Origin: Parasynechococcus sp.
GTDB taxonomy: Bacteria > Cyanobacteriota > Cyanobacteriia > PCC-6307 > Cyanobiaceae
DNA length: 64,000 bases
NCBI RefSeq assembly: GCF_042954325.1
Contig: NZ_JBGKDS010000025.1
Coordinates: forward strand, 1,255-65,254
Direction: 5' to 3'
Shown here: positions 1 through 8,855 of the stretch, piece by piece
Numbering within the stretch: the stretch's first letter is position 1
Layout of the letters: each line of letters begins with the position of its first letter
Position numbers and translations under genes: made by a program
Notes under the pieces: model-generated
Told to the model about the DNA's origin: nothing
What the model saw: only the letters and a program-made list of their open reading frames with translations
The model's database searches: none

Positions 1-1131
1 CACACCGGCAACAAGCCAACTGCCGGCATCAAGTTTGGCCAGACCCAACAACGCCTGACTGGTCCACTCGACCACACCCTGGGCCAACGCTGCACGGGCG
101 AGCTGTTGCGCAGCCGACTGAAGAGCCTCGCCCTTGAGCTCGGTGCCCCAGATCGCGCCCATCTCCCTGAGCATCAGTCCATTGGCCACAGCCATCGCCA
201 ACAGGTCGACACTCGGCAGCGGGGACGCCATCACACCGGCTGCGACCACCCACTGGGTGCGGCGCTGGAGTTCGCTAAAGCGGGCCCTCCGCACCAGCTC
301 CAGTTCCTGCTGCCATTGACGATGCAGCGATGCCAACTGGCGCTGACCCGTCTCATGGAGCACCCGCTCAGGCTGTTTCAACGCCTGGCGCACAGGCATC
401 AGCACACTGCGCAGTTGATGGACATCCCCAGACCAAAGCAAAACGCGGTTTTGCCAACGCCCAGGCAACTGCAGAGCCAGGTCGGTCTGGAGCCTATCCA
501 CATCTTGATCGGCGGGATGACGGACCAACAGCCACGCTGGACAGTCATCCGGAAGCTGCTGAAGCCACAGCAGATCCGAGGCCATCAATGGCGCATCCAA
601 GACATAGAGAAGTCGGTCGTGGGCCATCAAGGCCTCGGGCCAGCGCCGCGACCCATCCGCCAGTTCAAGCCCGTGGGCAAACGACACATCGACGGGAGCC
701 GTGCCGCGAAGCCCCTGAATGAGGTCGTCAGACCGAATCAAGACGTCGGTGGTCCCATGCACCAACGCGAGGCGTTGAGGACCCTCACGCTCCACAACGG
801 ACGCCAACTGCTGGGACCAGGACTCCACCCGCGCCGTTGGCCCACCCTCAAAGGCCTCAAGCTGCTGCAACACCTCACGGCAGCGCTTGATCCAGGCATC
901 CAGGGTTTCGGGAGGCTTGAAACGGGATGGCTTCGACGGGCGCGACAGCCACCACACCCCAGCCCCAAGGCCTAACAATCCAATGCCACCGGGCCCATGC
1001 AAGAGATCGCTCACCAACCACTGTGTTGCGATCAAGCCACCGCCGACCAGTACCAGAGAACTCAGGCCCGTCGTGCGTTGAGGCAGAAGCTGGAGCAATG
1101 GAACCGGCAGTTTCAAGACGGTTGTGGACAA
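1..1131 (-). CDS. YcjF/DUF697 family protein, 3' end runs off the left edge
   Basis: Read by hand on the minus strand (absent from the ORF track because there is no stop in the window): MSTTVLKLPVPLL...LLGLGAGVWWLSRP...TQWVVAAGVMASPLPSVDLLAMAVANGLMLREMGAIWG, the DUF697 signature. TTG start at 1131 or 1116. Confidence 0.75.
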   Translation of the reverse strand, partial: MSTTVLKLPVPLLQLLPQRTTGLSSLVLVGGGLIATQWLVSDLLHGPGGIGLLGLGAGVWWLSRPSKPSRFKPPETLDAWIKRCREVLQQLEAFEGGPTARVESWSQQLASVVEREGPQRLALVHGTTDVLIRSDDLIQGLRGTAPVDVSFAHGLELADGSRRWPEALMAHDRLLYVLDAPLMASDLLWLQQLPDDCPAWLLVRHPADQDVDRLQTDLALQLPGRWQNRVLLWSGDVHQLRSVLMPVRQALKQPERVLHETGQRQLASLHRQWQQELELVRRARFSELQRRTQWVVAAGVMASPLPSVDLLAMAVANGLMLREMGAIWGTELKGEALQSAAQQLARAALAQGVVEWTSQALLGLAKLDAGSWLVAGV

Positions 1132-1230
1132 TCAAGCGTGAGTCGTCCTAGCTCAGCTAAGCCGCTGGCACCAGCATGGGCGGTCAGCCTTGCCACTTCT
1201 CCATACCCTTCAGGAACATCACGGCAGAGC

Positions 1231-2163
1231 ATGCTCATGGCAGCGGGACCTGATCGCGACCGGTCAGATCGACGCACGGCCGTCAGGCGCGTCCTGGTCA
1301 CAGCCCTGGTGATCAACCTGGCGATGTCGCTGCTCAAACTCACTGTTGGTTTGATCAGTGGATCCCTTGCTGTGATCGCCGATGCCATGCACAGCGCGAC
1401 CGATGCACTCTCCAGCCTGACGGGACTGATCACCAACCGTCTCTCCGACCCCAGACCGGACCGGGATCATCCCTACGGCCATCACAAATATGAGGGGATC
1501 GGTGCCCTTGGCATCGCTGGTTTCATCCTGTTCACAGCACTGGAAATCCTGCTCCGGGCCGGGGAACGACTGCTGGACGGTCTACCTGCGATCCGGGTGA
1601 CCTCCAATGAGCTTGTGCTCCTGCTGATCGCCCTTGGTTTCAACCTGCTGTTGGCGGCCTATGAACACGACCAGGGACGACGCCTCAACAGTGCGTTGCT
1701 CAAGGCCGATGCGCAGCATGCGGCCAGCGATGTCTGGACGACCGTGGTGATTCTGATCGGGATGTCGGGAGCCCTGTTTTTCGATGTCAACTGGTTGGAT
1801 GTCGCCCTGGCCATTCCCATGGCGCTTCTCCTCATCCGCGTTTGCTGGTCAGTGCTCAAACGCACATTGCCCTGGCTTGTCGACCACATCGCGATCGCCC
1901 CGGAATCGATCCACGCGGAGGCCATGCAGGTGGCCGGAGTCCTGAACTGCCATGACATCGCCAGCCGAGGGGTCCTGGGTCAGCAGGTGTTTATCGACAT
2001 GCACATGATTGTGGAAGCCGATGACCTCAGAACGGCTCACCGAATCACGGAATTGGTCGAAGATCGCTTGGATCAACGCTTCGGACCGGTGCGCTGCACC
2101 ATTCACTTGGAACCCAAGGACTACGTGGAACAGGAGATCACCTACAGCGGGACCCATGGCTGA
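1231..2163 (+). CDS. Cation diffusion facilitator (FieF-like) transporter
   Basis: SLAVIADAMHSATD, HPYGHHKYE and HIASRG...IDMH...HRIT..V...L...TIHLEP-type CDF motifs. Start moved to ATG 1231 (1237 possible). Confidence 0.9.
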   Translation: MLMAAGPDRDRSDRRTAVRRVLVTALVINLAMSLLKLTVGLISGSLAVIADAMHSATDALSSLTGLITNRLSDPRPDRDHPYGHHKYEGIGALGIAGFILFTALEILLRAGERLLDGLPAIRVTSNELVLLLIALGFNLLLAAYEHDQGRRLNSALLKADAQHAASDVWTTVVILIGMSGALFFDVNWLDVALAIPMALLLIRVCWSVLKRTLPWLVDHIAIAPESIHAEAMQVAGVLNCHDIASRGVLGQQVFIDMHMIVEADDLRTAHRITELVEDRLDQRFGPVRCTIHLEPKDYVEQEITYSGTHG

Positions 2164-2683
2164 GGCGACAACCAGCTCGGACCCGCTGCGTTCTCTCACA
2201 ACCACACAACTCTGTGGTCTTCAGGAGATTCTGGAACGCTTCAAACAACAGCCCGTCTGGAGCTGGTCGCTTCCGGTGCTGCTTCACGAACGGTGCTGGC
2301 TACGGCTCTCCCACGTCCCGCTGCATGACCTGAACCAGGTGCTTCCCGCTGACGTCCATGAAGAGGCACCGGAACTCGCCAGCTTTCGCGCTCTTGTCGA
2401 TGACGGACTGGATCCTTTAGCTGCACAGCAACGCTGCTGGCAGGACTTCGGCATGGAGGACTGCTGTCGCGCGCTGCGCCAGTACTGGAGCAGTCGCGAC
2501 CAACCAGGACAGAACTGGACCTTCCGCGACTATCTCGAGCTCGTCAGCACCTATCGAACCAAGGTGGAAACAGGGCAACCGGCCATTCCCATGGTCGTTT
2601 TGCCACGTCGGAGCCAGGGTGAGGGGCACCATCTGCACTGGATCGCCGACATTTCCCCGACGATGCGTCACACTTGCGCCTGA
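2156..2683 (+). CDS. Conserved hypothetical protein
   Basis: ATG 2156 overlaps the CDF stop. 175 aa open frame in operon-like arrangement. Confidence 0.7.
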   Translation: MAEATTSSDPLRSLTTTQLCGLQEILERFKQQPVWSWSLPVLLHERCWLRLSHVPLHDLNQVLPADVHEEAPELASFRALVDDGLDPLAAQQRCWQDFGMEDCCRALRQYWSSRDQPGQNWTFRDYLELVSTYRTKVETGQPAIPMVVLPRRSQGEGHHLHWIADISPTMRHTCA

Positions 2684-2700
2684 TTCCAGGCCAAGGGGCC

Positions 2701-3255
2701 ATGAGTGATTCCTACAGCGACCCCCAACACCAAGGGGGGCAGACCGAAGGCGGTCGAGGTGGTTCAGATCGTGGCGGTCAACGCGGCGGCCGGGGTGGAA
2801 GCCGCGAAGGTGGTGGCTTCCGCATCCGACTGAGCGACAACGAAATGCGCTCCGCACGGGCCCTGCAGGAGGCCTTCAATCTGCGGTCCACCGTTGCCGT
2901 TCTCGGATTTGCCGTTCGGACCCTCGGTCAGATGCTTGAGGACGGCCAGCTGGATGAACTGGTCGCTCAACAGAAATCCCAAGCTCCCCGGGGCGGTGGT
3001 CGTCGCGATGGTGGTGGCCGAGACGGTGGAGGCCGTGGGCGTCGCTTTGATGATGATCGCCAGGGGGGTCGTGGCTCCCGTCCGGACCCCTTCGCCCGTC
3101 CAGCCAAACCCCAGCCCAGCGAGCCTGTGGCTGCGGCTGAGGCCGACAGCGTTTCTGCCGATGAGGCGAACACCGCCGAGAACACCGCTCCAGTCGAGAC
3201 CGCGCCAGCGGCTGATGCCAGCGACGACAGCAAACCCGCTGACGCTGAGGGCTGA
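2701..3255 (+). CDS. Hypothetical protein with RGG-rich arms around a small folded core
   Basis: MSDSYSDPQ...GGFRIRLSDNEMRSARALQEAFNLRSTVAVLGFAVRTLGQML. Ends 3 nt before trpS. Confidence 0.75.
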   Translation: MSDSYSDPQHQGGQTEGGRGGSDRGGQRGGRGGSREGGGFRIRLSDNEMRSARALQEAFNLRSTVAVLGFAVRTLGQMLEDGQLDELVAQQKSQAPRGGGRRDGGGRDGGGRGRRFDDDRQGGRGSRPDPFARPAKPQPSEPVAAAEADSVSADEANTAENTAPVETAPAADASDDSKPADAEG

Positions 3256-3258
3256 TCC

Positions 3259-4272
3259 ATGCCACGGCCTCGGGTTCTCTCCGGCGTTCAACCCACCGGG
3301 GCTCTCCACCTAGGGAACTGGTTGGGGGCCATCCGGAACTGGGTTGATCTCCAGGACACCCACGACACATTCGTGTGTGTGGTTGATCTGCATGCGATCA
3401 CCGTTCCCCATGACCCGGCCAAGCTCGCCGGAGACACCCGAAGCACCGCAGCGCTGTATCTGGCCTGCGGCATGGATCCAAAACGCTGCTCTGTGTTCAT
3501 CCAGAGCCAGATCGCAGCCCACAGCGAGCTGTGCTGGCTCCTGAACTGTGTCACCCCGCTGAACTGGCTGGAGCGCATGATCCAGTTCAAGGAAAAGTCC
3601 GTCAAACAGGGCGACAACGTCTCGGTGGGATTGCTGGACTATCCAGTGCTGATGGCAGCAGACATCCTTCTATATGACGCTGATCTCGTTCCCGTCGGGG
3701 AAGACCAGAAACAGCACCTCGAACTGGCAAGAGACATTGCCCAGCAACGGATCAACGCCCGTTTCGGCAGCGACGGACAACCGGTGCTCAACGTTCCGAA
3801 GCCCCTGATCCTCAAGGACGGTGCCCGGGTGATGAGCCTGACGGATGGGCGCAGCAAGATGAGCAAGAGCGATCCCAACGAAGGCAGTCGGATCACCCTG
3901 TTGGATCCACCGGAGCTGATCACCAAAAAAATCAAACGCGCCAAGACCGATCCCCAGATGGGCCTTGAGTTCGACAATCCCGAGCGGCCAGAGACCCACA
4001 ATCTGCTGAGCCTCTACGCCCTCCTCAGCGGACAGGGTCGGGACGCCGCAGCGGCTGAATGCGCTGACATCGGGTGGGGCAAGTTCAAGCCAATGCTTGC
4101 TGAGGCCGCCGTTGCAGCCCTCGAGCCGATTCAGGCCCGCCATCGAGACCTGATGGAGGATCCCAATGAACTTGACAAGGTCCTCGATCAGGGGCGCCAA
4201 AACGCTGAAACCGTTGCCAATGCAACGCTGGAGCGCGTTCGCTCCGCCCTGGGCTTCAGCCCTCGTCGCTGA
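3259..4272 (+). CDS. trpS: Tryptophan--tRNA ligase
   Basis: SGVQPTGALHLGN (HIGH-like), VPVGEDQKQHLEL, KMSKS. Confidence 0.98.
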   Translation: MPRPRVLSGVQPTGALHLGNWLGAIRNWVDLQDTHDTFVCVVDLHAITVPHDPAKLAGDTRSTAALYLACGMDPKRCSVFIQSQIAAHSELCWLLNCVTPLNWLERMIQFKEKSVKQGDNVSVGLLDYPVLMAADILLYDADLVPVGEDQKQHLELARDIAQQRINARFGSDGQPVLNVPKPLILKDGARVMSLTDGRSKMSKSDPNEGSRITLLDPPELITKKIKRAKTDPQMGLEFDNPERPETHNLLSLYALLSGQGRDAAAAECADIGWGKFKPMLAEAAVAALEPIQARHRDLMEDPNELDKVLDQGRQNAETVANATLERVRSALGFSPRR

Positions 4273-4506
4273 TCAAGCAACTGGAGATCGATTAGCTGAG
4301 CTGATCAATCCCTAAGCATCCAGACCTAGACACACACGGCGACGACCAGCCACAACGACCTCTGCAACGACTCGTGTCTCACGGGTCTTAAGGCCAGCTT
4401 TGGCTTTGCTACGCACACCTTCAAGCAAACGTCAAGCCCCAAGGCAACGTTCTCGCGCAAGGGGTGTCTGGTCCAGCAACGTGACCGTCTACTCCGATTC
4501 CATTGC

Positions 4507-5172
4507 GTGCGTCTGTCCTTCGGTTTCCTGTCGGCTCACTCCAGCGTTGTTGGCGGTTTGGCTGCCGCAGGTCTGTTGATGTCCGTCAGCGCCGGAGCCC
4601 TCTCACCCACGAAGGTGACCTCCATTGGGGTCAAGGGTGAGACGCGTCCTGTTCACCGCGCAGAGCTCATTCGCGCTGTCAATGACGGCCCCTATGACCT
4701 CACCCCGGAACGCCGTGCTCTGCTCAACACGATCCGGTATGCCGAGGGAACTTGGAAAGACGGCACCGACCAGGGATATCAGGTGATGTACGGCGGCGGA
4801 CAGTTCAGGGATCTCTCCCGCCATCCTGAGACCGTCGTGGTCAAGAAATACGCCAGTGCAGCGGCAGGTGCATACCAATTCCTTCCCGCAACATGGAAAG
4901 GAGTGGCCAAGGAACTCAACCTGAAAACCTTTGAGCCCCAACATCAAGACCAAGCTGCTCTTCACCTGATCAAACGCCGTGGTGCCCTGAAGGAAGTGGA
5001 TCGCAGCGGTCTTACCAAAACCGCCATGGCCCGACTGGCGCCGGAATGGGCGTCCTTCCCCAACATCAGTGGGCGCAGTGCCTACGGCCAACCGGTGAAA
5101 TCACACCAAGAACTGGCTCGCTTCTATCGCGAGAACCTGCAATCTCTGCGTCGCCAAAGCCTCTCCGCTTGA
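4507..5172 (+). CDS. Lambda-type lysozyme / lytic transglycosylase (GH104-like) with hydrophobic N-terminus
   Basis: RALLNTIRYAEGT (catalytic Glu), SRHP, SAAAGAYQFL, PQHQDQAA, LAPEWASFP, AYGQP. Confidence 0.85.
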   Translation: MRLSFGFLSAHSSVVGGLAAAGLLMSVSAGALSPTKVTSIGVKGETRPVHRAELIRAVNDGPYDLTPERRALLNTIRYAEGTWKDGTDQGYQVMYGGGQFRDLSRHPETVVVKKYASAAAGAYQFLPATWKGVAKELNLKTFEPQHQDQAALHLIKRRGALKEVDRSGLTKTAMARLAPEWASFPNISGRSAYGQPVKSHQELARFYRENLQSLRRQSLSA

Positions 5173-5178
5173 TTCGAA

Positions 5179-5499
5179 TCAACGCCGAGCTGCTGCGACC
5201 CGCGCCGACAAGCCCCAAACCTCGGTGACAAGACCATGCCAGGGCGTCATTGCGTCCATCGACACAGCCATGGGTTCCGACGCCGCAGCAACCAGCACCC
5301 TGGTCGCGGCAATCGCACGCTGGCCCTCTTGAAGGCGGTCGAGGAAACGGGCCTGTTCCGTTGGATCCATCACGGACTCAGGGCAGCAAGCCAGCAGCTC
5401 TTCTCCCCGTCGAAACCAGTGATCAAAATCATCCAGCAGTGACCCCAGAAGCTGTTCGAGCAGCTCACCGGCTTGCGGATCCGGTTGTCTATCCATCAA
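5179..5499 (-). CDS. DUF2605 family protein
   Basis: LLGSLLDDFDHWF...MTPWHGLVTEVW pattern. Confidence 0.75.
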   Translation of the reverse strand: MMDRQPDPQAGELLEQLLGSLLDDFDHWFRRGEELLACCPESVMDPTEQARFLDRLQEGQRAIAATRVLVAAASEPMAVSMDAMTPWHGLVTEVWGLSARVAAARR

Positions 5500-5546
5500 T
5501 CAGCGCAAGGCACGCCCATAGGATGGCGGGCCCCGACCGTTGAACG

Positions 5547-7352
5547 TTGAGCAGCGCAGCAGCCACCACCCCTGCCCCCTCAACTCCGGTAGTCCTGCCA
5601 AAAACCAGCGAAAGCGAGCAGCTGCTGAAGATTCGCCATTCGATGAGCCATGTGATGGCCATGGCTGTGCAGAAACTCTTCCCCAACGCTCAAGTGACCA
5701 TCGGCCCCTGGACCGAAACAGGGTTCTATTACGACTTCGACAATCCCGATCCCTTCACGGAAGCCGACCTGAAGGCAATCAAGAAGGAAATGGGCAAGAT
5801 CATCGGCCGCAAGCTGCCGCTTGAACGGATCGAGGTCAGCCGGGAAGAGGCGCAACGACGGATCGAATCCCAGAACGAGCCCTACAAGCTGGAGATTCTT
5901 GCGGGACTTCAGGAGCCCATCACCCTGTACACGCTCGGGGATCAATGGTGGGATCTGTGCGCCGGTCCCCACGTCGACAACACCAAGGAGTTGCATCCCA
6001 AGGCCTTTGAACTTGAGAGCGTTGCTGGTGCCTACTGGCGTGGCGATGAAACCAAAGCGCAACTCCAACGCATCTACGGAACCGCCTGGGAGACCCCAGA
6101 GCAACTGGCTGAACACAAGCGCCGTAAGGAGGAAGCCCTCCGTCGCGACCACCGTCGGATCGGCAAGGATCTCGAGCTGTTCTCCATTGAGGACGAGGCC
6201 GGAGCGGGCCTGGTGTTCTGGCATCCACGCGGGGCCCGCATGCGCCTGCTCATTGAGGAGTTCTGGCGACAGGCCCATTTCGAAGGCGGCTACGAACTTC
6301 TGTACACGCCACATGTCGCTGACATCAGCCTGTGGAAGACATCGGGACACCTCGACTTCTACGCCGAGAGCATGTTTGGCCCGATGGAAGTGGATGAGCG
6401 GGAATACCAGCTCAAGCCGATGAACTGTCCGTTCCATGTGCTGACCTATGCCAGCAAACTGCGCAGCTACCGCGAACTACCGATTCGTTGGGCAGAACTG
6501 GGAACTGTTTACCGCTATGAGCGTCCGGGGGTGATGCACGGCCTGATGCGCGTTCGCGGATTCACCCAGGACGACGCCCACGTGTTCTGCCTGCCGGACC
6601 AGATCAGCGATGAAATCCTGCGCATCCTGGATCTCACCGAACGGATTCTCTCCACCTTCGACTTCAATACCTATGAGATCAACCTCTCCACGCGGCCTGA
6701 GAAATCGATCGGTGAAGACGCAGTCTGGGATCTAGCCACCAAGGGCCTGATCGAAGCTCTCGATCGGAAGGGTTGGGCCTACAAGATCGACGAAGGCGGT
6801 GGTGCTTTTTATGGCCCCAAAATTGATCTCAAAATCGAAGACGCCATCGGTCGAATGTGGCAATGCTCCACGATTCAACTGGACTTCAACCTGCCGGAAC
6901 GCTTCGAGCTCGATTACGTGGCCGCCGATGGCAGCAAGCAGCGCCCGATCATGATCCACCGCGCGATCTTTGGCTCGCTGGAACGGTTCTACGGAATCAT
7001 GACCGAGAACTACGCGGGTGATTTCCCGTTCTGGTTGGCTCCGGAACAGATCCGCCTGCTTCCCGTCACCGATGAGGTTCTTCCCTACGCAGAGTCGCTG
7101 CACAACCAGCTCAATGCCGCAGGTGTCCGCTCGACCATCGATCGCAGTGGCGATCGTCTGGGCAAGCTGATCCGTACCGGTGAACAGATGAAAATCCCTG
7201 TTTTGGCCGTCATCGGAGCGAAAGAGGCTGAACAAAATGCCGTCAGTATCCGCAGCCGGCGGGATGGTGATTTGGGAGTGATGGCTGTTTCGGATTTGCT
7301 CCGGGCTGGGGAACGGGCCAATGCCAACCGTCAACCGGGCCTCACCGTTTGA
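5547..7352 (+). CDS. thrS: Threonine--tRNA ligase
   Basis: IRHSMSH, DLCAGPHV, RDHRRIG, LKPMNCPFH, RVRGFTQDDAH, GAFYGPKID, IHRAIFGSLER. TTG start. Confidence 0.98.
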   Translation: MSSAAATTPAPSTPVVLPKTSESEQLLKIRHSMSHVMAMAVQKLFPNAQVTIGPWTETGFYYDFDNPDPFTEADLKAIKKEMGKIIGRKLPLERIEVSREEAQRRIESQNEPYKLEILAGLQEPITLYTLGDQWWDLCAGPHVDNTKELHPKAFELESVAGAYWRGDETKAQLQRIYGTAWETPEQLAEHKRRKEEALRRDHRRIGKDLELFSIEDEAGAGLVFWHPRGARMRLLIEEFWRQAHFEGGYELLYTPHVADISLWKTSGHLDFYAESMFGPMEVDEREYQLKPMNCPFHVLTYASKLRSYRELPIRWAELGTVYRYERPGVMHGLMRVRGFTQDDAHVFCLPDQISDEILRILDLTERILSTFDFNTYEINLSTRPEKSIGEDAVWDLATKGLIEALDRKGWAYKIDEGGGAFYGPKIDLKIEDAIGRMWQCSTIQLDFNLPERFELDYVAADGSKQRPIMIHRAIFGSLERFYGIMTENYAGDFPFWLAPEQIRLLPVTDEVLPYAESLHNQLNAAGVRSTIDRSGDRLGKLIRTGEQMKIPVLAVIGAKEAEQNAVSIRSRRDGDLGVMAVSDLLRAGERANANRQPGLTV

Positions 7353-7357
7353 TCCCG

Positions 7358-7750
7358 ATGACAGACAACACCCCACCAACCCTGCAAGATCTCGCTCGCC
7401 TGCGAACGGCCCCTGAGCTCAGCCATGCGACACGCCTGAGCTTGCGTCAGCAGCTGATCGAAGCCATGTCAGCGGCCACCTGGTTCACCGTCGGCGTCAT
7501 GGCCCCGTCCGCCGCTTCGGCCCTGGCGGCCTTGCGCCGTCTGGAACAGCAGCAGGGCTGGGAGCCAATGGACGTTGTGGAAAGCACCACTGACGATGGG
7601 CCGGTGTTTCTCAAGGCCAATCAAACCGGTGGTTCCATACGCATCCGGATCGAGCATGGCCTCGGAGAAGGCATCCTGATCAGCGGCCACGGCAACGACG
7701 CCAGCCAACCGTCGCAGACATGGGGGCCATTGCCACTCGACTTCTTTTAG
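7358..7750 (+). CDS. DUF1824 family protein
   Basis: WFTVGVMAPS...VFLKANQTGG...IRIEHGLGEGILIS...TWGPLPLDFF. TTG 7349 is an alternative start. Confidence 0.8.
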   Translation: MTDNTPPTLQDLARLRTAPELSHATRLSLRQQLIEAMSAATWFTVGVMAPSAASALAALRRLEQQQGWEPMDVVESTTDDGPVFLKANQTGGSIRIRIEHGLGEGILISGHGNDASQPSQTWGPLPLDFF

Positions 7751-7806
7751 TTGCCGATCCCCCGAGCTGACTTCAGCCTGAGAGCAGCCTGAACCGCGTT
7801 CAGCCG

Positions 7807-8841
7807 ATGGTCGCCACAACGCTCCTTGCCGGTGACATGGGTGGCACCAAAACGTTGCTTGCCCTGTATGAGGTGCAAACCAGCGGTGTCGTTCAACGCC
7901 ATCAGCGGCGGTACGTCTCCAGAGAATGGTCCTCGCTGGAGCCCATGCTCAGCGACTTCGTTCACAGTCGACCCGCTGGTGTCGCGGCACCAGTCCATGG
8001 ATGCATCGCCGTTGCTGGGCCGGTACGCAACCGGCAGGCGACCATCACCAACCTCCCCTGGCAGTTGCAGGAAGACGATCTGGCGAGGGCTGCCGACATG
8101 CAGCAGCTCGAATTGGTCAATGATTTCGTCGTTCTGATTTACGGACTACCCAACTTCGATGAACACCAGCAAAGCGTTCTCCAAGCTGGATCCATGGATG
8201 CGGGAACGATGGCCATTCTCGGAGCCGGAACGGGTCTTGGCATGGCCAAGGGCCTCCAAACGCAGCATGGCCTGATCGCTCTTCCCAGCGAAGGCGGACA
8301 TCGAGAGTTCGCTGCTCGCAGTGACGAGGAATGGCGACTGGCCCAATGGCTGAAAGATGACCTGAACCTGGAGCGGCTGTCCGTGGAGAGGGTCGTGAGC
8401 GGCACCGGTCTGGGGCACATCGCCCGCTGGTTGCTCCTGCAACCGGAGTCCACATCCCATCCGCTCCAGGAGCTGGCACGAACCTGGCCGCAAACGCAAA
8501 CCCACGACCTTCCGGCCCAGGCCAGTGAAGCCGCCTCAAACGGGGATCCGCTGATGCAGCACGCACTCGATCTGTGGTTGTCAGCCTATGGATCTGCCGC
8601 AGGAGACCTCGCGCTGCAGGAGCTCTGCACGGGTGGGTTGTGGATTGGTGGCGGGACCGCTGCCAAACAACTGGCCGGCTTGCAGTCCGCAGCATTCCTG
8701 GACGCCTTGCGCAACAAAGGTCGTTTTGAATCCTTGATGAAGGGTCTGCAGATCACCGCGGTGATTGACCCCCAGGCGGGATTGTTCAGCGCTGCATGCC
8801 GAGCAAAGATGCTTGCGGAGTCGGGTGGGACACTGTCCTGA
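7807..8841 (+). CDS. glk: Glucokinase
   Basis: LAGDMGGTK, LVNDF, GAGTGLG, PSEGGH, SVERVVSGTG, GGLWIGGG. Confidence 0.95.
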   Translation: MVATTLLAGDMGGTKTLLALYEVQTSGVVQRHQRRYVSREWSSLEPMLSDFVHSRPAGVAAPVHGCIAVAGPVRNRQATITNLPWQLQEDDLARAADMQQLELVNDFVVLIYGLPNFDEHQQSVLQAGSMDAGTMAILGAGTGLGMAKGLQTQHGLIALPSEGGHREFAARSDEEWRLAQWLKDDLNLERLSVERVVSGTGLGHIARWLLLQPESTSHPLQELARTWPQTQTHDLPAQASEAASNGDPLMQHALDLWLSAYGSAAGDLALQELCTGGLWIGGGTAAKQLAGLQSAAFLDALRNKGRFESLMKGLQITAVIDPQAGLFSAACRAKMLAESGGTLS

Positions 8842-8855
8842 GTAGATCAGCAGGC

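Noticed and set aside
106-975. 289-aa plus-strand ORF and other long shadow ORFs (e.g. 5580..6437, 12485..13594, 17189..18238, 52795..53745, 57121..58386)
   Set aside because: They lie antisense to clearly recognisable genes and show no family motifs. Such open antisense frames are expected from high-GC codon bias.
1123-1131. TTGTCCACA DnaA-box-like nonamer
   Set aside because: Single mismatched copy overlapping a start codon, far from dnaA.
4507-5172. Prophage lysis cassette
   Set aside because: No holin, structural, integrase or att features, and the flanks are housekeeping genes.
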